A stretch of DNA of 63,449 bases, counting the filler. It is 7 parts of 7 records of this genome, joined end to end, with 100 filler letters (N's around TTAATTAATTAA, not from the genome) between each part and the next. Parts side by side here need not be neighbours in the genome. Positions count along the whole stretch, not along the records: positions 22,077 to 42,676 come from DRR723986_20467; 6 more parts are not named here. One strand, given 5' to 3'. The notes under the pieces are model-generated. The model ran no database searches. It was not told the DNA's origin and saw nothing but the letters and a program-made list of their open reading frames with translations. Positions 29,608-39,209 of the stretch are shown here, piece by piece. How positions within the stretch are numbered: position 1 is the stretch's first letter; each line of letters starts with the position of its first letter. A program made the translations under genes and the position numbers.

Positions 29608-30648
29608 TTGAAGAAGCCGATTCACCACTGCCTCAAATGCCTAGCAATGACTCTCTGCCTTTCTCTAGCAGCATCAGTTCGTTCGCAGACAATAGAGCCT
29701 GTCGAAAAGAAAACAGATGGAATGAATTCGCCAGTAATTTCGATTGTCACCTACAACACTCACTTGCTACCAGCACTTGCGATGCCTCTGGCTGGGAATC
29801 GCAGCAACGCGAAACTCCGCGCTAGACGAATTGCCGAAGCGATGGCCGAATACGATATCGTTGGCCTGTGCGAAGTTTTCGATCCAAGACGACGAAAAGA
29901 ACTGCTAGAGCAGATTGACGCAACCAGTACCAACCGAAAGCGACACGTTCACTTTGGACCGCCGCGATCAGGCCGAGCGTTAACAGGCGGCGGACTGCTA
30001 CTGATCTCCAAGTACCCAATCCTTGAAACGAACCAAGTTACGTTCCGCGATGCGTCGCGCGTCATTGGAAACGGCTTAAAATCGGACGGCGTTGCGGCGA
30101 AAGGCGTTTTGCATGCGAGGATCGCAATATCGGACAACTTTGAAATTGATTGCTTTCTCACCCATTTAGAAAGCCAACAAGCTGCACCACGGGAGAAGCA
30201 GATTAAACAAATGGCTGAATTCGTGAGCGCCCATACCGAAGCCAAACGCCCCGCTGTCTTGATGGGTGACTTCAACATCGTCGGTCCGAAATCGCGTGCT
30301 TCGGACGAAACAACTCCGATGCGTGAGTATGAAACACTGATTAATTCGTTGTTGAAACCTGGCTGGACAGTTATCGACACTTCACTGGCACATGCGGCCA
30401 ATGGTAACTGCGGCGGAACGTCAGACGCCCTTCGAGATGACGGCGGGGAGCGGATTGATTACATCTTCACGCTGCATGAACAGACTTCAGGTCGCCAGTT
30501 GGATTGCAAGAGAACTCGAATGCGAGACCTGCGTAGCGACGAGATTCGAGAAGGATCTCTCTCCGACCACCGTGCTGTCGCCTGCGAATTGAAAACGGTC
30601 GCTCCAGCACACCAGACGGGCAACAAACAAAAGTCCAATCACAGGTAA
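29608..30648 (+). CDS. Endonuclease/exonuclease/phosphatase family, sphingomyelinase-C-like
   Basis: TYN, GLCEVF, KGVLHARI, THL, GDFN, RIDYIF, SDH. Confidence 0.82.
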   Translation: MKKPIHHCLKCLAMTLCLSLAASVRSQTIEPVEKKTDGMNSPVISIVTYNTHLLPALAMPLAGNRSNAKLRARRIAEAMAEYDIVGLCEVFDPRRRKELLEQIDATSTNRKRHVHFGPPRSGRALTGGGLLLISKYPILETNQVTFRDASRVIGNGLKSDGVAAKGVLHARIAISDNFEIDCFLTHLESQQAAPREKQIKQMAEFVSAHTEAKRPAVLMGDFNIVGPKSRASDETTPMREYETLINSLLKPGWTVIDTSLAHAANGNCGGTSDALRDDGGERIDYIFTLHEQTSGRQLDCKRTRMRDLRSDEIREGSLSDHRAVACELKTVAPAHQTGNKQKSNHR

Positions 30649-30679
30649 GCCTGATGGCGGCAGCGAGCGGGCAAGCCGA

Positions 30680-33064
30680 TCAGTAGTTGCGTTCATCGCG
30701 CCAACGTTTCCCCTGCATGATTGGCCCAGCCTGAGCTTTCAACCTCTGCAACTCTTCGTCTGTAAACTGACCGTGAGCAACGTGGACCGTCATTCCGAAG
30801 TCTGCGTCTTGCATCAGGCTGTGTGCATCGACAGCGGTATTAGACACATCAACTTCATACACCTGTAATCTGTTCACGTTCGCTAGGCAAGCGCCGGTGA
30901 CATTTGTGTCCGCGAGATTGAGGATACTGATATCGACACCGCTGGTAACTAAGTCTTGAACCGCCTGATCGTCAAATTGAGTGCCTGAAACGTCCAGCAA
31001 CTCCAGTTGCCAAGGGCTACTTAACAGTTTGTGCCCGACGAAATCACTACGATCGATACGCAGCTTGCTGGAGTTGCGACAGATGGTACTGATGTCGGAT
31101 TCACTCAGCGGTCCGTCACCGATCGTTAACTCCCCTACTCTCGGGAGCAACGGCTTGATACCTGCCAAGGTGACAGCGGTGTTACGAATCGACAAATGCC
31201 CGATCGATGTAGTTGAAGGAATTGTCGCCAGTTCCGCATCCGTGACTTTTGTTGAGTCCAGAATGAGGGCTTCAACATCGGGGAGTTCCGCGAGAAACTC
31301 CCCCTTGATCGGCACACCGGTAAGATCGATGTAGCCACTCTGCGCGAGCGAGTCCCGCAACCATTGCTCACTAACATCATTCCCCGTCAATACGAAGCCA
31401 CGGCCCACGACGGGCAAGATCTTTGTAAGTTCTGCATCACCAAACTCCATGCCAGTCAAATCCAAAACACCGACTGGATTACGCGTCAGGAATTCTGAAA
31501 TCTCCGCGGCAGTAATCTTCGTATTGCCGAGCCCCAGATAGCTCAGATAGGTCTCCGATCTGAGTTGAGCGAGGCCCGCCGCTGTTATACCGGTGCCGCT
31601 CAGGTCCAAACTCATCAATTCAAGACCCGCTATCTCAGCCATAAAGTCGTCCGAGACCTTGGAATTGGCTAGTGACAAATCTGTGATCCTTGGTGACAAC
31701 AGCGTGCGAATCTCCTCCTCGGTCATACCATCGGCAACGCGAAGTGCTTGGATTTCTCCACCGTACATCGCGACAGCCGCACCGGAGCTGGCCTTCTCGA
31801 TTGCAAGAGTCCTTAACCGATTGATCGCCTGGTCGCGACTTGTTTTCACGCTGCCGCCGATGCCCGATGCTACGCAGCAGATCAGGACTATTGCTGCGGC
31901 ACAGATTCGCGATTGGGTCCGCGGCTCTTGTACTTCAGCGGCCGACTCTCCGTCCCAGGGAGAATCAACTTGCGGTTCTGACGTCGTTGCGCTAGTCGAT
32001 GCTTCCTGAACAGAATCTGTGGGGACCGCGGGCCCAGTGGCATCCGCGGGGCTTTCACCGCTACTGGCAGCCGCGTCCGCCAGGCTGCTATCGCCAGCGG
32101 TAGGCATTGTGGTTTTCTTGAAAGGGACAATCCGCAAACCGATCGCCCGCAGGCCGTACAAAGCTAGTGTCATCACGACGGTCGCAGCAATAGCCGTCAT
32201 TACCGCTGGCAAGAACACTTGATCCCCCGCATTCGGGCCTGATGCGATTGCGAACACAACGACACACGCAACTGCTCCCATCGTAAACGCTAGACAGGTA
32301 AAGAACACGTAAGTGGCGACTTGCATCTCTTGATAGTTTGCGCGCGTGCCAACTACCAGGACAATCCAAAGCATCGGAGCCCCGACAACGGAGAGGGCAA
32401 GTGTTGCAAAGAGTATGGACGACCAAAATGTTGACGCGGGCGCATCGGTGACCTGCATGGACACACGAGCCAGCGCGAGCAGCGAAGCGACGATCGTCAT
32501 TGCAACAAAGATGTCTTCTAAACTACCTTTGGCTGGCTTTACAACTGCGTTTTTCGGAACCAGTTGCCAACCACGGGAACGCGCGAAAATCAGTGGTGCC
32601 GTCAGCCCAAAACTGAGCAGCGGTATAACGCACGAACTAGCCACCACGAACGGCCCCTCAAACTCGACGTAGGTGATCGAGTAATCGTTGTAAAGGAACT
32701 GAATCTGCTCTCCCGCAAGCCACGCCGCTTGCCACGACCACGACCCTAGCAAGCCAACAGATAGCGTGAGAGCGAATCCCGACACCCAGCTACGCGTTAG
32801 TAGAGTAAGCGGAGCAGCGCTAAAGATGGCCCCTAACATTAGCCCCATGACAAGCCACATGACCACCTCACTTACCACCCGAAGACCGGTATACACTTCA
32901 AGGCTGGTCACCAAGCCACAGAAGAACACAACCGAAAGTCCAGCGAGAATCAGCCATGTCAAACGCAACCATGGTAGGCGATTGGGATCTGCGGAGTTGG
33001 GACTGTTCATTTTGCCGAGAACAAGAGAGAAACGAGCTGGAAACGGTTGCTTCATTCTAATCAA
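30680..33064 (-). CDS. Multi-pass membrane protein with C-terminal leucine-rich repeats
   Basis: About 9-10 hydrophobic segments, then repeated LxxLxLxxTxVTD units (LDLSGTGIT, LGLGNTKIT, LILDSTKVT, LNLADTNVT); start uncertain. Confidence 0.8.
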   Translation of the reverse strand: MIRMKQPFPARFSLVLGKMNSPNSADPNRLPWLRLTWLILAGLSVVFFCGLVTSLEVYTGLRVVSEVVMWLVMGLMLGAIFSAAPLTLLTRSWVSGFALTLSVGLLGSWSWQAAWLAGEQIQFLYNDYSITYVEFEGPFVVASSCVIPLLSFGLTAPLIFARSRGWQLVPKNAVVKPAKGSLEDIFVAMTIVASLLALARVSMQVTDAPASTFWSSILFATLALSVVGAPMLWIVLVVGTRANYQEMQVATYVFFTCLAFTMGAVACVVVFAIASGPNAGDQVFLPAVMTAIAATVVMTLALYGLRAIGLRIVPFKKTTMPTAGDSSLADAAASSGESPADATGPAVPTDSVQEASTSATTSEPQVDSPWDGESAAEVQEPRTQSRICAAAIVLICCVASGIGGSVKTSRDQAINRLRTLAIEKASSGAAVAMYGGEIQALRVADGMTEEEIRTLLSPRITDLSLANSKVSDDFMAEIAGLELMSLDLSGTGITAAGLAQLRSETYLSYLGLGNTKITAAEISEFLTRNPVGVLDLTGMEFGDAELTKILPVVGRGFVLTGNDVSEQWLRDSLAQSGYIDLTGVPIKGEFLAELPDVEALILDSTKVTDAELATIPSTTSIGHLSIRNTAVTLAGIKPLLPRVGELTIGDGPLSESDISTICRNSSKLRIDRSDFVGHKLLSSPWQLELLDVSGTQFDDQAVQDLVTSGVDISILNLADTNVTGACLANVNRLQVYEVDVSNTAVDAHSLMQDADFGMTVHVAHGQFTDEELQRLKAQAGPIMQGKRWRDERNY

Positions 33065-33156
33065 TTCTACAGCCCAGCAATCCGTTCGCCCGCTAGCACA
33101 CCAGCCGGTACAATGAAGTTCCGCGTTTCCGATCCACTTCGCCCCGAGGATTTACG

Positions 33157-34761
33157 ATGTTTGTTCCCATCCGAATTGCCACTCGGCGCGTCGCCCTCAT
33201 GGTCTGGCTGACAACGTTTCTGTGCATCTCGGTGCGACAATCGGCAGCGCAGCAAAGATACGAATTGGTTACCAAAGACGGGAAAAACAAATCCGTGTGC
33301 GTCCGCACCGCCGAGACACTTTCCATCACTTCCGAGCTTGGTGGAACGACGGAGTATCAACGGAAACGGCAGTTTGACTCCACCGATGGTGCATGGCTTG
33401 GCTATTACAGCTCTTCGGTACAACAGGTTGTCCGTTGGCCCGCATCAGGTAAAGGCAACCTTCAGGTCGGTAAGTTGATAGGCAGCCGCCCAAGCTACAG
33501 GCAAAGCTTGATGCGAATCGCTGCATCGGACACAACACCGAACGACATAGAAGCACCCACTCGTGCCAACATGCCGCGTACGGGAATGACGGGGGAAACA
33601 CGGTCTGCTGAGGTAACCAGCTCAGCTCGCTTCCGCTTCACAGACCTGCCGAAAGTGACGCCCAAGCGGTTGGACTCCATAAAAGGACTGACCGACTACC
33701 GTGTCGAACCCGAGGCAGTGAGCTTCCTTGAGAAACGGGTTCAACGGCAGGCTGGCGGAGGAACCAAGACACTGCGACTTGCAGCTCTTTCCGACGACAC
33801 ACACAGCGGATCATTGCTTGGGTTAAACGAAAATGCTGGCGGCCTGCGAACTGTAGCTGGCAACCAGGGTGCCCAGGACTGGACTTTTTCCGACATGGGC
33901 AACGGTCTATACCGCATCCAATCACGAAAGGGCCGACGTACACAAGCACTTGCAGCCACCCGCACGCGAGGCGTAGGGCTTGCCCTTCCAGCCGCCGACG
34001 CAAGACAATTGTGGCGCCCCATCGTCCACCCCCGACGCGGATACGTGTTCGCTTTCGAAAGCGTCTATTATCCGGGTTACTGCCTCACGCATACCGGCGG
34101 AGGCATTTACCTGAATCCATTTTCGTTCGCTCCTGGACAATTCTGGTTGCCGGTCAATCCAATTGCCCCTCTGACCATACAACCACTGCTTCGCAACTTT
34201 CACACGGAAATCACTCCGAATCCTCCGCTTCCACCCGTCAAAGTGAGGCTGACCAATAGCCAGCCGCGGCCTATTGAAGTCCTTCTGGGCGACGCCACAA
34301 ATCCGCCTCATGCGCAGCGAATCAAGATCCTGGCTGGCGGTGAAGAAGTGGTCACCATCCAGCGCGATGCTGGCAGTATGGTAATGGAATACTCAGAAGT
34401 CTTGACCTGGAGCGGCAGTTGGCAAACACAAACATTTACAACCGAGATCCCTCCGCGGGAATTGTACGACATCAGCGTCTACGAAGTTCGATTGCAGTCG
34501 ATCGCGATTGACCGAACGGGAAAGAGCCCGAATGTCATCGAGGATGTAAACTACCAACCACGGAGCATTGGATGGTTTGGAATCCCAGGCGGAGAAGCAG
34601 TCCACGACGGACAGAAGCTCGACGTGTTTACGCTTGCCCAGAGAGCTCAAAATCCAGGCGCAGTTCGTCGATTCTCGATTGAAGAGCTTGAAAATTACAC
34701 GGCTCCGGAATCAGTGCCAGCGATTGATCCTGGCCAGTCCATTCAACGGCGTAAGTTCTAA
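33157..34761 (+). CDS. Exported protein with a central ricin-B/beta-trefoil-like domain
   Basis: Signal peptide; three QxW-type repeats (AQDWTF...GNGLYRIQS, RQLWRP, GQFWLP). Confidence 0.6.
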   Translation: MFVPIRIATRRVALMVWLTTFLCISVRQSAAQQRYELVTKDGKNKSVCVRTAETLSITSELGGTTEYQRKRQFDSTDGAWLGYYSSSVQQVVRWPASGKGNLQVGKLIGSRPSYRQSLMRIAASDTTPNDIEAPTRANMPRTGMTGETRSAEVTSSARFRFTDLPKVTPKRLDSIKGLTDYRVEPEAVSFLEKRVQRQAGGGTKTLRLAALSDDTHSGSLLGLNENAGGLRTVAGNQGAQDWTFSDMGNGLYRIQSRKGRRTQALAATRTRGVGLALPAADARQLWRPIVHPRRGYVFAFESVYYPGYCLTHTGGGIYLNPFSFAPGQFWLPVNPIAPLTIQPLLRNFHTEITPNPPLPPVKVRLTNSQPRPIEVLLGDATNPPHAQRIKILAGGEEVVTIQRDAGSMVMEYSEVLTWSGSWQTQTFTTEIPPRELYDISVYEVRLQSIAIDRTGKSPNVIEDVNYQPRSIGWFGIPGGEAVHDGQKLDVFTLAQRAQNPGAVRRFSIEELENYTAPESVPAIDPGQSIQRRKF

Positions 34762-34785
34762 CCACCCTGAGTGCAGGTGCATCGG

Positions 34786-35095
34786 CTATTGTTGCCACTG
34801 CTCCAAAGGCACCGCTGATACGACATCAGACAGCTTGAGCGACGCGTAGAGATGCGGAAAACGCTGGCCGCCTCGAGACACTTCCCATTTGAGGCTGTCG
34901 CCAAAGGCGATCTTCATCAACCTCGGCAACAATCAAACCTTGCTGGCCAGCAAAGTGTTTGTCCGCAGTCTCTTGGACTTGCTCAGATGCAGAGAAATGA
35001 ATGTAGCCGTCTGACAAGTCAATCGGCGCACCCTCGAACACCCCATCGGCCTGGAAACTATCCCACTGCTGAGATGTCAAAATCTTGAAAATCAC
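34786..35095 (-). pseudogene. DUF952 family gene with an internal frameshift
   Basis: N-half IFKIL...GAPIDLSDGYIHFS...KHFAGQ; C-half GDSLKWEVSRGGQRFPHLY lies in another frame after about 34903. Confidence 0.85.
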
Positions 35096-35847
35096 TGCGG
35101 AACCTCCTGTCGAGTTGCGGGCAGTCGTTGCTTGAGCAGCCATGTGTAAAGCTCCTCAGTTTCGTAAGCCTCGGTCCACGCATCATGCTGAGCTTCAGGA
35201 TACTCGGTGTACATCATCGACGAACCTGATCGCTTGAGGGCTTCGACCATTCGTCGCGATTCATCAACCGGAATAACAGGGTCTTTCGCGCCGTGAAAAA
35301 CCCATATCGGCATTTCTCGAACGCGCCCAGCGTAAGGAACGCGACCACCGCCACTGATAGGCACCAGTGCAGCGAAACGTTTTGGATTCTGAATCGCAAG
35401 ACGCCAAGCCCCGTACCCACCGCGGCTCAGCCCTGTCAAATAGATGCGTCTAGTATCAATCGGGTGCTCTCTCGTAACTTCTTCAACCAACCGCATCAAC
35501 GCCTGGTCATCCCAGAATTGGGTTTCGCTAGGATTCTGCGGCGCGACGACGTAGAAAGGGAACGACCGCCCGGCCTCAATCAACTTCGGTGGCCCATGTT
35601 TCTTAACGCGTTCAATCTCATCCCCACCTTCTCCGCCACCGTGCAGAAACAGCAGCATTGGCAGATCGCCGTTGTGGTTCGCCTGGGATTTGTCCGTCGG
35701 TTCGTACAGAAGATACCGAAGGCTGGTTGCCTTAGCTTCCTTCTGCTCAATCACGCTCAGTGGTGACACGTCTTGCGCGACAGTGCTGGAACAAACAACT
35801 GCTACCGCACAAGCGGCAACAAGTTTTGCAATTTGCTTCCATGCCAT
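35092..35847 (-). CDS. Alpha/beta hydrolase (phospholipase/carboxylesterase-like)
   Basis: LFLHGGGE, nucleophile elbow GLSRGG, FHGAKD, HDAW. Confidence 0.87.
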   Translation of the reverse strand: MAWKQIAKLVAACAVAVVCSSTVAQDVSPLSVIEQKEAKATSLRYLLYEPTDKSQANHNGDLPMLLFLHGGGEGGDEIERVKKHGPPKLIEAGRSFPFYVVAPQNPSETQFWDDQALMRLVEEVTREHPIDTRRIYLTGLSRGGYGAWRLAIQNPKRFAALVPISGGGRVPYAGRVREMPIWVFHGAKDPVIPVDESRRMVEALKRSGSSMMYTEYPEAQHDAWTEAYETEELYTWLLKQRLPATRQEVPQ

Positions 35848-35944
35848 ATAGACATACCTCCGATCCACTTATTTATTCAGGCACTGTTCACCAACTATTC
35901 AAGTAGAAACTGAACTCGCGCTGTCTCTGACGACCGCGTGGGCC

Positions 35945-37270
35945 TTACCCTTCGGACAGCTTGCTCAGCAGTCCGGGAATCTCCTGACTCAGTGCAGTGT
36001 CAAGTTTCTTGAATCGCATTGACCAAAGCGGCGAGAATGGGATGCGACTGGTCTGTTGGCTGCGTAGAAAATGCTCAACGCGCGGCTTAACGGCCTGCCA
36101 CTGCCCTTCGATGAACTCTGTGTTCTGCTGTTTAAGCATCGCGGTACGGTACTCCTCGCGAAAGTACTTATCGAGCAACGCGATGTGATGCTCTAACCGC
36201 ATTGCGATGACACTCTTTGATGCAACAGCCAAGCCTATTCCAGATAGGATGGAAATGACTCCAGCGGCAATGGCATAACCGTTGTCCCGGAACTGCCACG
36301 CGAACCAGCCTCCAAGCGTGACGAGCAGAAATACGAACGACCACAGCATCAGTCGCTCAACCATCAGCCGCCATCCAACTCGGCGTACTACTGATGCGTG
36401 CATCCGAAGTCCGCGACCTGAATCCAACAGGGAGCTGACAAGGTTAGTTCGCCGCCGCAATCCGACGCGTCCGATTTCCTGCTTGAGTTCTTCTGTTGAC
36501 TTACGAAAGTCCGCCAAGTCTATTCCCGAACCGTTTGTTGAGTGACCATCAACGAACGTGCAGTAGATGTGTGGAATATCCTTTGTACGAACAACTCGAG
36601 AAAGATTCCAACACAGGGACCCGTACGTCCTGGCAAAGTCGCGAACATCTTCGAAGCTATCCACTTTGTTGAAAACGATCAGCAGCTTGTACATCACATT
36701 GTCAAGCGACTCGGTAAAAACGCGCAGGCTTTCACCGGTGGTGCCTGGTTTGTCGGGATCAAAGAAGAAGACAATCAGGTCGGCCGATTCGGCGAACCAG
36801 CGAACCACGGAGGAAAAGTTGTAGCCTCGTGATGCATCACTCTGATCGCCAGCGCTGTCGATCATCCCGGGGCTGTCGATCAAGTACATATTCTGCAGCG
36901 ACTCCAGTGGCCGTCGTTTCAGTTTCAAGTGGTCGACAAAGTCCTTGCCGAATTGCTGCAGGTCTTGGTAGGGAAGATTCGGGTCGTTCACAACGGCCCG
37001 CCCGTCAAGTGTTTGCTCTGGGCCATGCGTAAGCAGGGTAAACCCGTCGTCTGTTGGCGCTACGCCCGTATCCTGAACACTCTCGCCGGCCAACGCGTTG
37101 ATAAACGTCGACTTACCCGAGGAGTGATTTCCCAGGCACAGGACCGTCGGCAACCCAGTGGCGGTACCTTGGTTCAAAACGGGGAATCCGAATTTTTCCC
37201 CTACCGGTCGAAACAGCGAATCACGGAGTTGCTGTATTTGACGTTCGTATTTCGTTGTGTCCGTAGCCAT
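35945..37270 (-). CDS. Dynamin-family NTPase, EHD/sarcalumenin-like, with two C-terminal TM helices
   Basis: GNHSSGKS, GVAPTDDGF, DSPG, RGYNFSSVVRWFAESADL, NKVD, RTYGSLCWNLSRV; start taken at MATDT. Confidence 0.85.
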   Translation of the reverse strand: MATDTTKYERQIQQLRDSLFRPVGEKFGFPVLNQGTATGLPTVLCLGNHSSGKSTFINALAGESVQDTGVAPTDDGFTLLTHGPEQTLDGRAVVNDPNLPYQDLQQFGKDFVDHLKLKRRPLESLQNMYLIDSPGMIDSAGDQSDASRGYNFSSVVRWFAESADLIVFFFDPDKPGTTGESLRVFTESLDNVMYKLLIVFNKVDSFEDVRDFARTYGSLCWNLSRVVRTKDIPHIYCTFVDGHSTNGSGIDLADFRKSTEELKQEIGRVGLRRRTNLVSSLLDSGRGLRMHASVVRRVGWRLMVERLMLWSFVFLLVTLGGWFAWQFRDNGYAIAAGVISILSGIGLAVASKSVIAMRLEHHIALLDKYFREEYRTAMLKQQNTEFIEGQWQAVKPRVEHFLRSQQTSRIPFSPLWSMRFKKLDTALSQEIPGLLSKLSEG

Positions 37271-37514
37271 CGCTTCATTAACTTTTTTGAATGGAGACAC
37301 CACCGCCGGGTGCCTCAGAATTGTTTGCTTCGCCAGCGAGTCTCTGCTTCGCGACTGATTTGTTTTCCGCAGCTCGACCCCGCTGTCTGCCCTCCGGCGC
37401 TTTGCAATTCGAAATACTGACAATTCGACCGTCAAACTGTTAGCATATTGCTCGCAACGCCTCGCTTCGCGAAGTAATCCTGTTACACACTGCCGACACA
37501 AGAGATACTGCCGG

Positions 37515-39074
37515 ATGCCAAGGAACTACCCATTTGCCGCCACGACCACGTTATCCCTGACACTCGTAATCGCTTGTTGTTTGCCCAAGTTTAGCACTGC
37601 AGGTGAGTTTCGCGGAAGTCGTCCCAATATTGTGATGATCTTGAGCGATGACATGGGATACGGCCAGCCGGGCTTTACTGGAGGCAATCCCGAGTTGACT
37701 CCCAACCTGGATGGACTGGCTGCCAAGGGCATGCAACTGAAGCAGTTTTACACCCATAGCGTCTGCGCACCAACACGCGCCGCCTTCCTAACCGGTCGCT
37801 ATGCATTTCGAACTTGGAGCGACTGGCGAAGCGAAGACTTTGGCAAACCCAGCTACCTTGCAAAACTGGGGCTGGATTTACCGACGAACGAAGCAGGCGA
37901 GAAAACGCGACGCATCCACGCGCTCGACACCGAGGAACGGACCATTGCCGAAGCGCTCAGCGATGCGGGGTATTTCACCAGCATTATCGGCAAGTGGCAC
38001 TGTGGCGAATGGCTCGACGAACACCTGCCGATGGGGCAAGGGTTCCAGCATCAGTACGGCCACTATGCCTGGGGCATCGACTACAACACGTTCATGATTG
38101 AACACAATGCACCGGTGCCGTTCCATGTTTATGACTGGCATCGCAACCAGCGGCCAATCCAGGAAGAGGGCTACTCAACGGATCTTATCGCCGATGAATT
38201 TGTTCGCGTGCTCGACGACCAAACTACCGATCGACCTTTCTTCATTTACGTTCCATTCAATGCGGTGCATGGCCCCATTAACGTCGTACCCCGACACACC
38301 GACAAGTTCACCGCGCGTGATGCGGCGCTAAAATGCTACGACGAGGCCGTTGGTAAGATCCTTTCCGCGATCGAGCAATCGGACTTTGCTGACAACACGC
38401 TGATCATGTGCTCCAACGACAACGGCGGACTTACTGAGGAAAGCAATCGCCCGTTTCGCGGCACCAAGAACACCACTTTCGAAGGCGGAGTTCGGGTTCC
38501 CTGTATTGTTCACTGGCCAGGAAAAACGAAACCAGGAACATCCAACGATGCGATGATGCACATCACGGATTGTTTTTCGACGTTCGTAAATTTGGCTGGC
38601 GGCAAAAATGAAGCCGGCCCGGATCGGAAGCTAGACAGTATCGACATGGGCCCGACCATTTTTGATGGTGCCGAACCACCGCGTGAGGAGATTGTTTTCG
38701 AAGTCACCGGTAGTGTCCGAGTGCCCACAATTAGGAGCGGCAACTACAAACTGATGGGCGATCTACTGTTCAACATTGCCGACGACCCCAGCGAAACAAC
38801 AGACATTGCCAAGCAGCATCCGGAGATCGTTGAGAGGCTTTCGGCGAGATTGGAAGAAGTTGCTGCCGAGCGCCCACCGCTGGGCAACAAACCGCTCTTG
38901 ATGAGCCCAGCACTTCCGTATGTTTATGGAATGGCTGAGAACAAGAAAGTTCCTCAATGGCTGAAGGATAAGGTCGACGCGGCTCGCCTAGAACAACCTC
39001 AGCAGTGGCCCGAAGGAAAGACTCCTTGGCCCAAAGCGCCGCAGGGCGTCTCGATCGACTATTCGAAGAAATAG
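37515..39074 (+). CDS. Formylglycine-dependent arylsulfatase
   Basis: PNIVMILSDDMGY, CAPTR (CxPxR), GKWH, NDNGG, EGGVRVP. Confidence 0.93.
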   Translation: MPRNYPFAATTTLSLTLVIACCLPKFSTAGEFRGSRPNIVMILSDDMGYGQPGFTGGNPELTPNLDGLAAKGMQLKQFYTHSVCAPTRAAFLTGRYAFRTWSDWRSEDFGKPSYLAKLGLDLPTNEAGEKTRRIHALDTEERTIAEALSDAGYFTSIIGKWHCGEWLDEHLPMGQGFQHQYGHYAWGIDYNTFMIEHNAPVPFHVYDWHRNQRPIQEEGYSTDLIADEFVRVLDDQTTDRPFFIYVPFNAVHGPINVVPRHTDKFTARDAALKCYDEAVGKILSAIEQSDFADNTLIMCSNDNGGLTEESNRPFRGTKNTTFEGGVRVPCIVHWPGKTKPGTSNDAMMHITDCFSTFVNLAGGKNEAGPDRKLDSIDMGPTIFDGAEPPREEIVFEVTGSVRVPTIRSGNYKLMGDLLFNIADDPSETTDIAKQHPEIVERLSARLEEVAAERPPLGNKPLLMSPALPYVYGMAENKKVPQWLKDKVDAARLEQPQQWPEGKTPWPKAPQGVSIDYSKK

Positions 39075-39209
39075 ACGTCTCGGGCAACTAAAACCTGCTG
39101 AATGCTGGGAAAAGGCCCTACGATCCTGGCGGGCGGGCTTCTAAAATAGAGACTCCCACCCCGCTTGACCCTCAAACTCTTTGGGCCGATTGGCTTCGAA
39201 GGACAGTCG

